Shown here: positions 37,293-46,934 of the stretch, one piece after another
How positions within the stretch are numbered: position 1 is the stretch's first letter
How the letters are laid out: the number at the start of each line of letters is the position of its first letter
Source: Candidatus Magasanikiibacteriota bacterium
GTDB lineage: Bacteria > Patescibacteriota > Patescibacteriia > Magasanikbacterales > GWA2-37-8
DNA: 64,000 nt
NCBI GenBank assembly: GCA_016182085.1
Contig: JACOYB010000006.1
Span: 88,980 to 152,979, forward strand
Direction: 5' to 3'
The notes under the pieces: model-generated
Told to the model about the DNA's origin: nothing
The model's input: the letters and a program-made list of their open reading frames with translations, nothing else
Databases searched by the model: none
Translations under genes and position numbers: made by a program

Positions 37293-37331
37293 GCCACCTA
37301 CTAGTAGTCGTGGCAATGACGAATAAAAATT

Positions 37332-39107
37332 ATGGAAAAATTTCTTGGTGAAATAAAAAAAGTATTAAATAAAGTCGGAGTGTCTGGTGAAATTGATCTG
37401 ACAACCCCGCCAAATCCGGAAATGGGTGATTTTGCCTTTGCTTGTTTTAATATTGCTAAAGAGTGGAAAATGAGCCCAGTAGAGGCGGCCAAAACGATTG
37501 AAGCAAGAATCAAGAATTATGAATTAAGAATTATAGACAGAGTACAAGCCATGGGCCCGTACGTTAATTTTTATTTAAAAGCATCAGAGTTAGCTAAAAT
37601 TGTGCTTGGTGAAATTCAGAAAAAAGGTAAAAAATACGGCATAAATAATTCCGGCAAAGGTAAAAAAGTTTTGATTGAGTATCCGTCCAATAATACCCAC
37701 AAAGAATTTCATATTGGCCACCTGCGCAATGTTTGTATTGGAAATTCTTTGGTGCAGCTTTATGAACAAAATGGCTATAAAGTTTATCCGGTAAATTATC
37801 TAAATGATTTTGGCAATCATGTGGCCAAATGTTTGTGGGGCTTAATTAAATTTCATAAAGATGAAAAACCGCCAGCCAATAAACAAAAATGGCTGGGAGA
37901 AATTTACGCGGAGGCTTCAAAAAAATTAACTGAACCCGATGCTTTGGCTATTAAAACACCTGGTTTGGCAGAGCAGGTAGGCGATATGGGTAAAGCTGAA
38001 GATCTTGAATATACAGTACAGAAATATAGAGAAGAAGTCGCTGAAATCCAAAAGCAAATAGAGAGCCAAGACCCAAAGATCTGGAAAGTATTTATGCAAA
38101 CCAGGCAGTGGAGCATAGATAAGTTTGAAGAAATATTTAAACAGTTGGGTGTAGAGCATAAAGCCGTTTTTTATGAAAAAGACCTAAAGGATAAAGGGCA
38201 AAAAATGGTAGATGATTTGCTAAAAAAGGGTATAGCCCAAGTAGGCGAGGGTGGAGCGATTATTATAGATTTAAGCGAATATAAACTTGATATAGCATTG
38301 CTTCGCAAATCAAATGGCGCAGGACTGTATTTAACTAGCGACTTGCCGCTAGCCATGGAAAAGTTCAAAAAATGCAACGCAGACGAAAGTATTGTGATTA
38401 CCGGCACGGAACAAAATTTTTATTTCAAACAACTTTATAAAATTTTGGAACTAATTGGGTTTAACAAAAAGTTAACTCATATTGGCTATGGACTCGTAAA
38501 TCTAAAAGAAGGAAAAATGTCTTCGCGCTTAGGCAATGTTATTTTGTACGAAGATTTATATGCAGAAGTTTTTGCAATGTTAAAAGCCGAATCCGTGGAA
38601 CGACATCCGGATTGGAGTGAGAAGAAGATAAACAACAATGTAAGTGTGCTGGCTATGGCCGCCCTCAAGTTTGATATGCAAAAGCACGAAGCTGCCAAAA
38701 ATATTACTTTTGATGCCAAAGAAGCCACTTCTTTTGAAGGGTTTAGCGGTCTTTATGTACTCTATGCCATCGCCAGAATAAATAGCATTTTAAAACAATC
38801 AAAAAAATCCAAAGCGAAAATAGATTATAATCTGCTGGATAAGCCGGAAGAAAAACACCTGGTATTATTTTTGGCAAAATATGAAGAAGTGGTTAAAAGC
38901 GCTTTGATGAACTACAACCCATCGGAAATTACTCGTTATTCTTTTGATTTAGCGCAATCATTCAATGATTTTTATAACAAACATAGTATTCTGAAAGCGG
39001 AGACAGAAAGTTTGGTGGCCGCTCGTTTGCAGTTAGTTGGCGCCGCCAAAAATGTTTTGGAAAATTCGCTTGGATTGCTCACAATTGGAACTGTAGAGGA
39101 AATGTAA
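37332..39107 (+). CDS. argS: arginine--tRNA ligase
   Basis: HIGH-class motif region (EFHIGHLRN), full ArgRS length, C-terminal anticodon-binding DALR-like region. Confidence 0.9.
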   Translation: MEKFLGEIKKVLNKVGVSGEIDLTTPPNPEMGDFAFACFNIAKEWKMSPVEAAKTIEARIKNYELRIIDRVQAMGPYVNFYLKASELAKIVLGEIQKKGKKYGINNSGKGKKVLIEYPSNNTHKEFHIGHLRNVCIGNSLVQLYEQNGYKVYPVNYLNDFGNHVAKCLWGLIKFHKDEKPPANKQKWLGEIYAEASKKLTEPDALAIKTPGLAEQVGDMGKAEDLEYTVQKYREEVAEIQKQIESQDPKIWKVFMQTRQWSIDKFEEIFKQLGVEHKAVFYEKDLKDKGQKMVDDLLKKGIAQVGEGGAIIIDLSEYKLDIALLRKSNGAGLYLTSDLPLAMEKFKKCNADESIVITGTEQNFYFKQLYKILELIGFNKKLTHIGYGLVNLKEGKMSSRLGNVILYEDLYAEVFAMLKAESVERHPDWSEKKINNNVSVLAMAALKFDMQKHEAAKNITFDAKEATSFEGFSGLYVLYAIARINSILKQSKKSKAKIDYNLLDKPEEKHLVLFLAKYEEVVKSALMNYNPSEITRYSFDLAQSFNDFYNKHSILKAETESLVAARLQLVGAAKNVLENSLGLLTIGTVEEM

Positions 39108-39112
39108 AATAT

Positions 39113-40150
39113 TTGTTGAATATTTTGTTTATGGCGCAAGACAATTATAAGTCGTGGCTTATCAATACAGAAGATTTTCCTAAGGAGTCTGCGCTACCGG
39201 CGCAGCTTAAATTTTTATTGCAGTTTGCGATTTTGGCTCCCTCTACGCACAATTCTCAGCCTTGGCAGTTCAAAATAGATAGCAACAAGATTTATATTTT
39301 GCCAAATTTTGATAAAGCGCTGCCTGTGGGAGATAAGGAAAACCATTTTCTTTTTTTAAGTTTGGGTTGCGCGTTAGAAAATTTATTAGTCGCGGCGCAG
39401 TATTATGGTTTTAGTTTTATAATAAAATATCCTTCTTCTGGTGACAAAAAAATTGAAATTACTCTTACAAAAATAGAAAAGTCGGGCGTTGCAGAAGAAA
39501 GCCTGGTTTCTTATATCGCCAAGCGCATTACGAATCGTCATAAGTTTACAGATAAGTTGCCGGCAGAAGAATTTTTAAATACAGTTCGTAGTTTGGGCAC
39601 AGAAAGTATGAGTGTAGATGTGCTTTCTCCGGGAGAAAAAAATAATAAGGTAAAACAGCTAGTGGGGAGAATCACTCCCAAGTTATTAAATGAGCCAAGT
39701 TTTCGCAGGGAATTATCCGGCTATGTAAAAACAAATATTACAAAATCAAAATTTGGGATGCCGGCTTTTGTGATGGATGTTCCCAACTTTTTATCTCTTT
39801 TTGTGCCAACCATACTAAAGTTTGTAAATATTGAAAAATTAAATAAAAAAAAGCAGGAGGGCGCCATAAGCGCCGCGATTTTTATTGTGATTAGCGCTAA
39901 AAATAACAACGAAGAAGATTGGGTTAAAACCGGACAAGCTTTTCAGAAAATTAATTTGTTGGCTACAAAATTTAATTTATTTACTCATCCAATGGCCGCG
40001 CCTTTACACGATATAGAAAGCCGTAAGGAATTGCAGGAAATATTACAGACCAGCTTTAATCCGCACTTTTTGTTTCGTCTTGGGTACGGAGCGGTAGAAC
40101 CAAAGCATAGTCCGCGAATGACAGTAGACGATTGTATGATCGTAGAATAG
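39113..40150 (+). CDS. nitroreductase-family protein (double nitroreductase fold, Acg-like)
   Basis: APSTHNSQPWQF matches the nitroreductase FMN-site signature. The 345-aa length suggests tandem half-domains. Confidence 0.5.
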   Translation: MLNILFMAQDNYKSWLINTEDFPKESALPAQLKFLLQFAILAPSTHNSQPWQFKIDSNKIYILPNFDKALPVGDKENHFLFLSLGCALENLLVAAQYYGFSFIIKYPSSGDKKIEITLTKIEKSGVAEESLVSYIAKRITNRHKFTDKLPAEEFLNTVRSLGTESMSVDVLSPGEKNNKVKQLVGRITPKLLNEPSFRRELSGYVKTNITKSKFGMPAFVMDVPNFLSLFVPTILKFVNIEKLNKKKQEGAISAAIFIVISAKNNNEEDWVKTGQAFQKINLLATKFNLFTHPMAAPLHDIESRKELQEILQTSFNPHFLFRLGYGAVEPKHSPRMTVDDCMIVE

Positions 40151-40156
40151 TAATTT

Positions 40157-41227
40157 ATGGATATTTCTAAGTATAAAAATTTAAAAGAGTTTGATAGCCA
40201 TGCTTTGGTTGTAGAGTTGGATGAGCCAAGCGTTGGTTTAAAAGGTTTTATAGCTATAGATAGAAAAGCCGAAAATTTTCCAGCCTTGGGAGCTACTCGT
40301 TTGTGGAAGTATCCTTTGGAAGAGGACGCTTTAAATGATGCTCTGCGTTTGGCAAAGTTAATGGGTAAAAAATCAGCGATGGCAGGCCTGCCTTATACAG
40401 GCGCCAAAGCGGTGCTTATGTTGCCCGAAGAAGGAATAAAGAATCGCGAAGAATATTTTAAAGTATATGCTCAAAAAGTAAATGAACTCTCTGGTCAGTT
40501 TATTACCGGTACGGATGTTGGTTTGACCGATAATGATCTAGAGATAATGAGCAAAAATTCTAAATTTGTAATTGGAATGAATGTTCCGGCGGCGTATTAT
40601 ACAGCTGTCGGTGTTTTTAATGTTATTAGAGAAAGTTTGGAATATAAATTTGGCAGTGAAAATATTTCCAGCAGAACTTTTGCTATACAAGGTTTGGGAA
40701 AAACGGGTTATGAATTATTAAAATTACTGTATGCAGAAGGGGCAAAAATATTTGTTTCCGAAATAAATATAGATATTTTAGAACAAGTTTGTCGTGATTT
40801 TCCCCTGGTAAAAAAAGTTTTACCGGCAGATATACATAAGCAAGAAGTGGATGTTTTTTGTCCTTGCGCTATGAGTCATTCTATAAATAGTCGCACGGTC
40901 AGCGAATTGAAGTGTGTGATTGTGGCTGGTTCTGCAAACAACCAGCTAGAAGATGAAGAGGCGGGAGAAAAACTGCATAAGATGGGCATTGTGTATGCTC
41001 CGGATTATTTATCAAATTCCGGCGGTTTGATTAGCGTGGTAGATCAATTTGAAAATAAAAAACATGACAATAAAAGAATATTATTAAAATTGAGCAAGAT
41101 ACCGGCAGTTTTACGAGCTATTTTTTTAAGAAGTGAAAAAGAGCGCAGATCGATTAGTAGTGTTGCAGACGATATGGTGCAAGAATCTTTAGTCAAAGAG
41201 GTTAGTGTTGGGGTGCGTAGTTATTAA
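40157..41227 (+). CDS. Glu/Leu/Phe/Val-family amino-acid dehydrogenase
   Basis: LGATRLWKY...AGLPYTGAKAV (catalytic-Lys region of LeuDH/PheDH type) and GLGKTGYEL Rossmann motif. Confidence 0.6.
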   Translation: MDISKYKNLKEFDSHALVVELDEPSVGLKGFIAIDRKAENFPALGATRLWKYPLEEDALNDALRLAKLMGKKSAMAGLPYTGAKAVLMLPEEGIKNREEYFKVYAQKVNELSGQFITGTDVGLTDNDLEIMSKNSKFVIGMNVPAAYYTAVGVFNVIRESLEYKFGSENISSRTFAIQGLGKTGYELLKLLYAEGAKIFVSEINIDILEQVCRDFPLVKKVLPADIHKQEVDVFCPCAMSHSINSRTVSELKCVIVAGSANNQLEDEEAGEKLHKMGIVYAPDYLSNSGGLISVVDQFENKKHDNKRILLKLSKIPAVLRAIFLRSEKERRSISSVADDMVQESLVKEVSVGVRSY

Positions 41228-42767
41228 ATATAGTATGAATAAATATTTTTTAAGCTTATATAAAAAAAGCCTTGTTTCCAAGCTATCTTTTCTTAAAAGA
41301 AAAGATTCTGAAGTTATGGACAGAGTGGGGGAAAAGGAATCAGTTAAATTGTTTAACTTTGTAAGTAGGCGCGTGGTTGCGTACCAAAAATTTTTAAAAG
41401 AAAATAAAGTAGCTATCAAAAAGATTGTAAATATTAAAGACTTTAAAAAATTACCATTAATTTCAAAAGAAAATTATATAAGAAAGCACGATTTAGCAGA
41501 TTTGCTCCCCCCCAAAGAATTTGCCAACGCTACTACTTTTTCTGCCACTTCCGGCTCTACAGGTGAGCCGACGTTTTTTCCGCGCGGCGAAGATCAGGAC
41601 AAGAATTATGAATTTATTTCTGAAATATTTTTAACAAATCAACTCGGTCTGTCCAAGAAAAAAAGTACGCTTGTTATAATAGGTTTTGGACTGGGTGTTT
41701 GGATAGGCGGTATTTTTACTTATAAAAATTTTAATAAATTGGCCAGCAAGGGCTACAAGATATCTATATTGCCGGTCGGTCCTCAAAAAGACATGTTTCT
41801 AAAGTCTCTAAAGAAATTTGGAAGATTGTTTGATCAAGTTATTTTGGCAGGTTATCCGCCTTTTATCAAGGATATAGTTGATGAAAGCGCTGGTTATGGC
41901 ATTGATTGGGCTAAATGCAATACAAAAATTTTAACCGCAGCCGAGAGCTATTCGGAAGATTTTAGAGACTATATTGCAAAAAAAATTAAAGCCAAAAATA
42001 TTTTTACTGATTTTATAAATATATATGGAACAGTCGAGTTGGGAACTATGGCGCACGAAACCCCTTTGGCAATTTTGATACGCAGATTAGCCTGCAAAAA
42101 TAAAGATATTTTTAAGGCAGTTTTTAACAATTCTGCCAGGCTTCCTACGTTGGGGCAGTATCATCCGTATCTGGTTTATTTCGAAGAGTTAGAGGGCGAA
42201 TTGGTAGGAACGGGTGTTGGTTCATCCATACCATTAATTCGTTACAAATTTGCCGATCGCGGGGGCGTTATTTCTTTTAAAGAGATGGTAGGGCGCCTAA
42301 AGAGTGTGGGGGTAGATATTATAAAAGAAGCTGCAAAAAATGGAATTGGTAAAACTGTTCTTAATCTTCCGTTTGTATATGTATATGAGAGAAGTGATTT
42401 GGTCGTAAATTTAATGGGAATAAATATATATCCGGAGTATATTAAAAGCGGGTTGCAAAAAAGCGGCATAGAAGAAAAAGTTACCGGTAAATTTTCTATG
42501 GCGACTAAAAATGATAAAAATCAGGATCAGTTTTTGGAAATTAATGTGGAATTAAAAAATGGCGAAGCGCCCTCATCGCAGTTGGTAAAATTAATTGAAA
42601 ATTTTGTTGTGATTTCCTTGCAAGAAAAATCCACGGAGTATGATTATTTGTACAAAAATAGTTCGGAAGAATCCAGGAAAAAAATAACTCCCAAAGTTTT
42701 ATTATTTAATTATGAAGATAAAACCTATTTTGCTCCCGGAGCAAAGCAGAAATGGGTCTTAAAATAA
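41205..42767 (+). CDS. adenylate-forming enzyme of the PaaK / CapK / coenzyme F390 synthetase-like family
   Basis: TSGSTGEPTFFP resembles the SSGTTG.P phosphate-binding loop of PaaK-type ligases. Start may be ATG 41235. Confidence 0.5.
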   Translation: MLGCVVIKYSMNKYFLSLYKKSLVSKLSFLKRKDSEVMDRVGEKESVKLFNFVSRRVVAYQKFLKENKVAIKKIVNIKDFKKLPLISKENYIRKHDLADLLPPKEFANATTFSATSGSTGEPTFFPRGEDQDKNYEFISEIFLTNQLGLSKKKSTLVIIGFGLGVWIGGIFTYKNFNKLASKGYKISILPVGPQKDMFLKSLKKFGRLFDQVILAGYPPFIKDIVDESAGYGIDWAKCNTKILTAAESYSEDFRDYIAKKIKAKNIFTDFINIYGTVELGTMAHETPLAILIRRLACKNKDIFKAVFNNSARLPTLGQYHPYLVYFEELEGELVGTGVGSSIPLIRYKFADRGGVISFKEMVGRLKSVGVDIIKEAAKNGIGKTVLNLPFVYVYERSDLVVNLMGINIYPEYIKSGLQKSGIEEKVTGKFSMATKNDKNQDQFLEINVELKNGEAPSSQLVKLIENFVVISLQEKSTEYDYLYKNSSEESRKKITPKVLLFNYEDKTYFAPGAKQKWVLK

Positions 42768-43837
42768 TTTTTATGCAGTTTCCAATTATATTGGCTGAAG
42801 GCAGTTACAACCAAGCAGATTTGGATTTGTTAATAAAAAATAACGAGATCGTAAAAACGGTTGATATTTATGCTCAGCAAATGACCGAGTATTTTGAAAT
42901 TTCAAACCCAGCCTTGAAGGGGAGTACAGATTTGCCCGCGGCCGCAAAAAAGTATGTGGATGAAAATATGAGCAAGGGAAAGCTCTTTGGTAGTTGGATA
43001 TATTATCCTTGGAGCAGGGTTTTGGTTCACTCGGTAACGCAGGATAAATATTTTGAACTGCGAACTAACCGTAATAAAAATTTAATAGATGCAAAAGAAC
43101 AAGAAAAGCTGTATAATTTAAATGTGGGCGTGCTCGGGCTATCTATAGGGAGCAGTATGGCCATTGGTTTGGCATATAGCGCCATAGCAGGGCAAATGAA
43201 GTTGGCAGATTTTGATACTCTGTCTACTTCTAATTTAAACAGGTTGAAAGCGAAGATGTCCGATGTGGGAAGAAAAAAAATAGAGATAGCCGCGGAACAG
43301 ATATTTGAAATAAATCCGTATCAAAATCTAGAGCTATTTGAAAATGGAGTAGATAAAAATTCGTTGGATAGTTTTTTGGCAGAAAACCCTAAACCGGAAT
43401 TAATTTTTGAAGCAATTGATGATTTTGAAATAAAAATTCGTCTGCGTATGGCGGCGCGAAATCTGGGTATTCCGGTTATTATGTTGACCAACTTGGGCGA
43501 TAGCTTGCTTGTAGATGTGGAAAGATACGACAAGGATAAAACAACCCCTATTTTAAATGGGATGATTGAGCAGTCGGTGGTAGAAGAGATTTTGTCTGGG
43601 CGCTGTAGTGAGGCGGATAAAAATAGATTTGCCGTACAGGTGGTGGGTGTAGAAAATGTGCCCAAGAGAGCGATGGATTCTCTAAAAGAGATAGGGTTAA
43701 GCCTTGTCGGTCGCCCGCAGCTTATGAGCACAGTTACGATAGGGGGCGGTCTAGCTTCTTTTTTAGCTAGGAAGATTGCTCTTGGAGAAGATTTGCCAAG
43801 TGGAAGAAAAATAATAAAGTGGGATGAGCTAATTTAA
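42752..43837 (+). CDS. ThiF/MoeB/E1-like adenylyltransferase with ~95-aa N-terminal extension
   Basis: RNKNLIDAKEQEKLYNLNVGVLGLSIGSSMAIGLAYSAIAG...ADFDTLSTSNLNR aligns with the ThiF nucleotide-binding region. No C-terminal CxxC pair. Confidence 0.6.
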   Translation: MGLKIIFMQFPIILAEGSYNQADLDLLIKNNEIVKTVDIYAQQMTEYFEISNPALKGSTDLPAAAKKYVDENMSKGKLFGSWIYYPWSRVLVHSVTQDKYFELRTNRNKNLIDAKEQEKLYNLNVGVLGLSIGSSMAIGLAYSAIAGQMKLADFDTLSTSNLNRLKAKMSDVGRKKIEIAAEQIFEINPYQNLELFENGVDKNSLDSFLAENPKPELIFEAIDDFEIKIRLRMAARNLGIPVIMLTNLGDSLLVDVERYDKDKTTPILNGMIEQSVVEEILSGRCSEADKNRFAVQVVGVENVPKRAMDSLKEIGLSLVGRPQLMSTVTIGGGLASFLARKIALGEDLPSGRKIIKWDELI

Positions 43838-43841
43838 TTTT

Positions 43842-44717
43842 ATGGATGCGGAGAAAAAACTCGCAGACAAAATGGGGGTGAGCTATAAAATTAATCAGTG
43901 TTTAATAGACGGTTTTAACATTAATTATTTGGTGGCCGGAGAAGGCGAGCCGTTATTGCTCATACATGGGGCAAACATAGGCTGGGGAATGTGGTATTTA
44001 AATATACCGGAGTTGTCAAAAAAATATAAAGTTATCGCCCTAGACTTGCCTGGTGCCGGCGTTTCCGATAGCTTAGATTTTAAAAATATTGACCTGGAAA
44101 AAATATTTGTTCAGTTAATAGAAAACTTTTTGCATTTTTTAGAAGTAGATAATATAAGGGTGGTTGGGCATTCTTTCGGCGGTTGGATCGCCATGAAGCT
44201 GGCTATTGTGAGTAAGATAAATATTAAAAAAATTGTACTAAGCGATTCTTTGGGGTTTAGTACAAGTATTCCGGCATCTCAGTGGCCTGCAACGGTTGGC
44301 GCGCTCGCAAAATTTATTTCTAAAACATTTTTTAGAGCTACAAGATCAAACATGGATAGGTTTTTAAGCAGCGCTTTTTATAGTAAAACGTCTGTATCCG
44401 AATTGTTTTATCAGTATTATTTTGAATCATTGCTTGGTTCCGATATGCGCCACCCTTTATTATTTTTTAACGGGCTGTCATCTTTTTTGAGAATGCGGAA
44501 AGAATTAGATTTGAGAAGTAGCCTTAGTTTAATTAAGCAGCCGGTATTGGTGGTATGGGGAAGCGAAGACAAAAACGTAGTATATAAAAATAGTAAAGAT
44601 TTTTTTAAACTAATACCAAACCATAAGGTGGAGATTATAAAAGAGGCAGGGCATGTGCCGTCTTTAGAAAAAAGTAATTTATTTAACAGTTTGGTTTTAA
44701 ATTTTTTTCAAGATTAA
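43842..44717 (+). CDS. alpha/beta-fold hydrolase
   Basis: HGANIGW oxyanion region and GHSFGG nucleophile elbow. Confidence 0.6.
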   Translation: MDAEKKLADKMGVSYKINQCLIDGFNINYLVAGEGEPLLLIHGANIGWGMWYLNIPELSKKYKVIALDLPGAGVSDSLDFKNIDLEKIFVQLIENFLHFLEVDNIRVVGHSFGGWIAMKLAIVSKINIKKIVLSDSLGFSTSIPASQWPATVGALAKFISKTFFRATRSNMDRFLSSAFYSKTSVSELFYQYYFESLLGSDMRHPLLFFNGLSSFLRMRKELDLRSSLSLIKQPVLVVWGSEDKNVVYKNSKDFFKLIPNHKVEIIKEAGHVPSLEKSNLFNSLVLNFFQD

Positions 44718-44727
44718 TTAGTATAGT

Positions 44728-46347
44728 ATGTTGGGGGACGTTTTATATTTTAAAGAAGTTATCGTTGGGGCCGTGGTGATTTGTAATATACTTATTACTT
44801 ACGCGGTATATGTAAGTAATAAAAAAAGCGCCACAAATAGAGTATTTTTGCTGTTAGGCCTAGTCATCTCTTTTTGGCTTTTAGCCATGTATTTATCGGT
44901 AAATCCTCAGGTAAACCTATTTTGGACGCGCCAGAGCGCTTTTTGGGCCACGTTTATGAGCTTTTTGCTATTTTTGCTGGCCTATGTTTTGCCGGGAGAA
45001 AGGTTTTTGTTAAGTAAAAAGAACCTTTTTTATACAGTCGCACCAACGATTTTTATAACAGCCTTGACATTTACGCCTTATGTTTTTGAAAAAATAACTA
45101 TTAGCGCCGCAGGTTCAAAGGTGGCTGTGGGATTTGGGATAATTCCATTTAGTTTACTCACAACATTTTTTAGCGTATTCGCTGTTTATTTATTATTAAA
45201 AAAATTACACAAGTCATCACAAGTGGAGCGTCGCCAGCTGGGACTTGTTTTAACAGGATTTTTCTTAATGCTCGGACTCATCATTTTTACGATTCTAATC
45301 CCCGTTATTTTTTTAAGAGATAATTTTTTTGTTCAGTTTGCGCCGGTGTATGTTTTTTTCTTCTTGGCCGCTACCGCTATCGCAATCATAAAGTATCATT
45401 TGTTTAATATTAAAGTTATTGCCACAGAGGTCTTAGTATTGATTTTGATAATGGTTTTATTAATTGAAGGCGCTCTCTCCGGTTCTATATTTACAGTTAT
45501 TTTTAAAGTCTCATTTGCGATTTTGGTAGGTATTATCGGTATTTTATTGGTACGAAGCGTGCAAAAAGAAATTAAACAAAAAGATGAATTATCTAATCTG
45601 GCTGCTTCTTTGGAAAAAGCCAATACGCGTTTGCAAGAACTGGATAAACAGAAAACCGAATTTTTAACAATTGCCTCTCATCAGCTGCGCACCCCGCTTT
45701 CTATTTTAAAAGGATATATAGAGCTGATAAAAGACGGTAGTTATGGCAAGATTGAACCTGCTACAGCCAAAGTATTGGATGATATGGATCTTAACAACGA
45801 GCATTTGGTAAAGTTGGTAGATACGCTACTCGATATTACTCGCATCGAACAGGGCCGCACTAAATATTCATTTGCCATGAATAATATCTGTGCTTTAATT
45901 GACGAATCAGTAAGCGACTTAAAATTAAAAGCTAAAGAAAAGAAAATGAAATTAGTTTGGACATGTCCTAAGAAAATGACTGATGTGTGCTGTGATCAAG
46001 AAAAAATGCACCATGTTATTTATAACTTTATTGATAACGCCTTAAAGTATAGCGAGAAAGGTTCTGTAAAAGTAACGCTGAAAGAAGAAGGTGGGGGCAT
46101 TGCGATGAAGGTAGTCGACAATGGGATTGGCTTTAATAAAGTGGATGAAAATAATTTTTTTCATAAATTTTATCGCGGTGACAATGTACGGACTATTGGC
46201 ATCAGCGGCACCGGTTTGGGGCTCTATGTCTGCCGAAAATTCGTGGAAGCGCATAGCGGCCGGGTGTGGGCTCATAGCGAAGGATTGGGAAAAGGCAGTG
46301 AATTTGGCTTTTGGATTCCGGTTAAACCCCCCGCTCCAGCCGGGTAG
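44728..46347 (+). CDS. multi-pass membrane sensor histidine kinase
   Basis: ~7 N-terminal TM helices. H-box TIASHQLRTPL, N-box DNALKY, G1 VDNGIGF, G2 GTGLGL. No response regulator in window. Confidence 0.75.
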   Translation: MLGDVLYFKEVIVGAVVICNILITYAVYVSNKKSATNRVFLLLGLVISFWLLAMYLSVNPQVNLFWTRQSAFWATFMSFLLFLLAYVLPGERFLLSKKNLFYTVAPTIFITALTFTPYVFEKITISAAGSKVAVGFGIIPFSLLTTFFSVFAVYLLLKKLHKSSQVERRQLGLVLTGFFLMLGLIIFTILIPVIFLRDNFFVQFAPVYVFFFLAATAIAIIKYHLFNIKVIATEVLVLILIMVLLIEGALSGSIFTVIFKVSFAILVGIIGILLVRSVQKEIKQKDELSNLAASLEKANTRLQELDKQKTEFLTIASHQLRTPLSILKGYIELIKDGSYGKIEPATAKVLDDMDLNNEHLVKLVDTLLDITRIEQGRTKYSFAMNNICALIDESVSDLKLKAKEKKMKLVWTCPKKMTDVCCDQEKMHHVIYNFIDNALKYSEKGSVKVTLKEEGGGIAMKVVDNGIGFNKVDENNFFHKFYRGDNVRTIGISGTGLGLYVCRKFVEAHSGRVWAHSEGLGKGSEFGFWIPVKPPAPAG

Positions 46348-46427
46348 TTGGTTTTTTTATAAAAATAGTATATAATTACTCTGTATAATTTAATCATTTT
46401 TTCACTACATAATTAATATCCATTACT

Positions 46428-46898
46428 ATGATTTTCCAAAGAAATTCCTCCAAAGTGGCTCCAGAAAATAATGAGCCAGAAGTTCTTGATGAATCGCGAC
46501 CGGATATTCATGATGAAGTGGAAACCGTGGTTGGTCCATCGGTAAATGTAGAGGGTGATTTTGCCTCCGAAGGAAATATCGTTGTAAAAGGAACGGTATC
46601 GGGCAGCGTGTTTACCAGCAAACATTTAACCGTGGAAATGGGCGCAAAGATTATTGCCAATGTCCGGGCAGGCAGCGCTACAATTGCCGGAGAGGTAAAG
46701 GGAAATATGAAAATTAAGGAGTCGCTTGAATTAACTTCCACGTCAAAAGTTATTGGCGATATAGACATGAAAGATTTGAGGATTGAATCCGGTGCGACGC
46801 TGTATGGTAAAGTAACCATGCCGGGAGTAGAAGCTGAAAAACCGATCAAAACAAAAACTTTTAAAAAATCCGAAGAAGCCGCGCCGCTTTTTGGTTAA
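46428..46898 (+). CDS. bactofilin-family cytoskeletal protein
   Basis: Repetitive beta-helical V.G...G.V.G..I pattern (IVVKGTVSGSV, ATIAGEVKGNM, KVIGDIDM..LRIESGATLYGKV) typical of DUF583. Confidence 0.6.
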   Translation: MIFQRNSSKVAPENNEPEVLDESRPDIHDEVETVVGPSVNVEGDFASEGNIVVKGTVSGSVFTSKHLTVEMGAKIIANVRAGSATIAGEVKGNMKIKESLELTSTSKVIGDIDMKDLRIESGATLYGKVTMPGVEAEKPIKTKTFKKSEEAAPLFG

Positions 46899-46934
46899 AT
46901 TGGTTTGAAAAAGGAGTAAGAGCCTACTGGTGTT

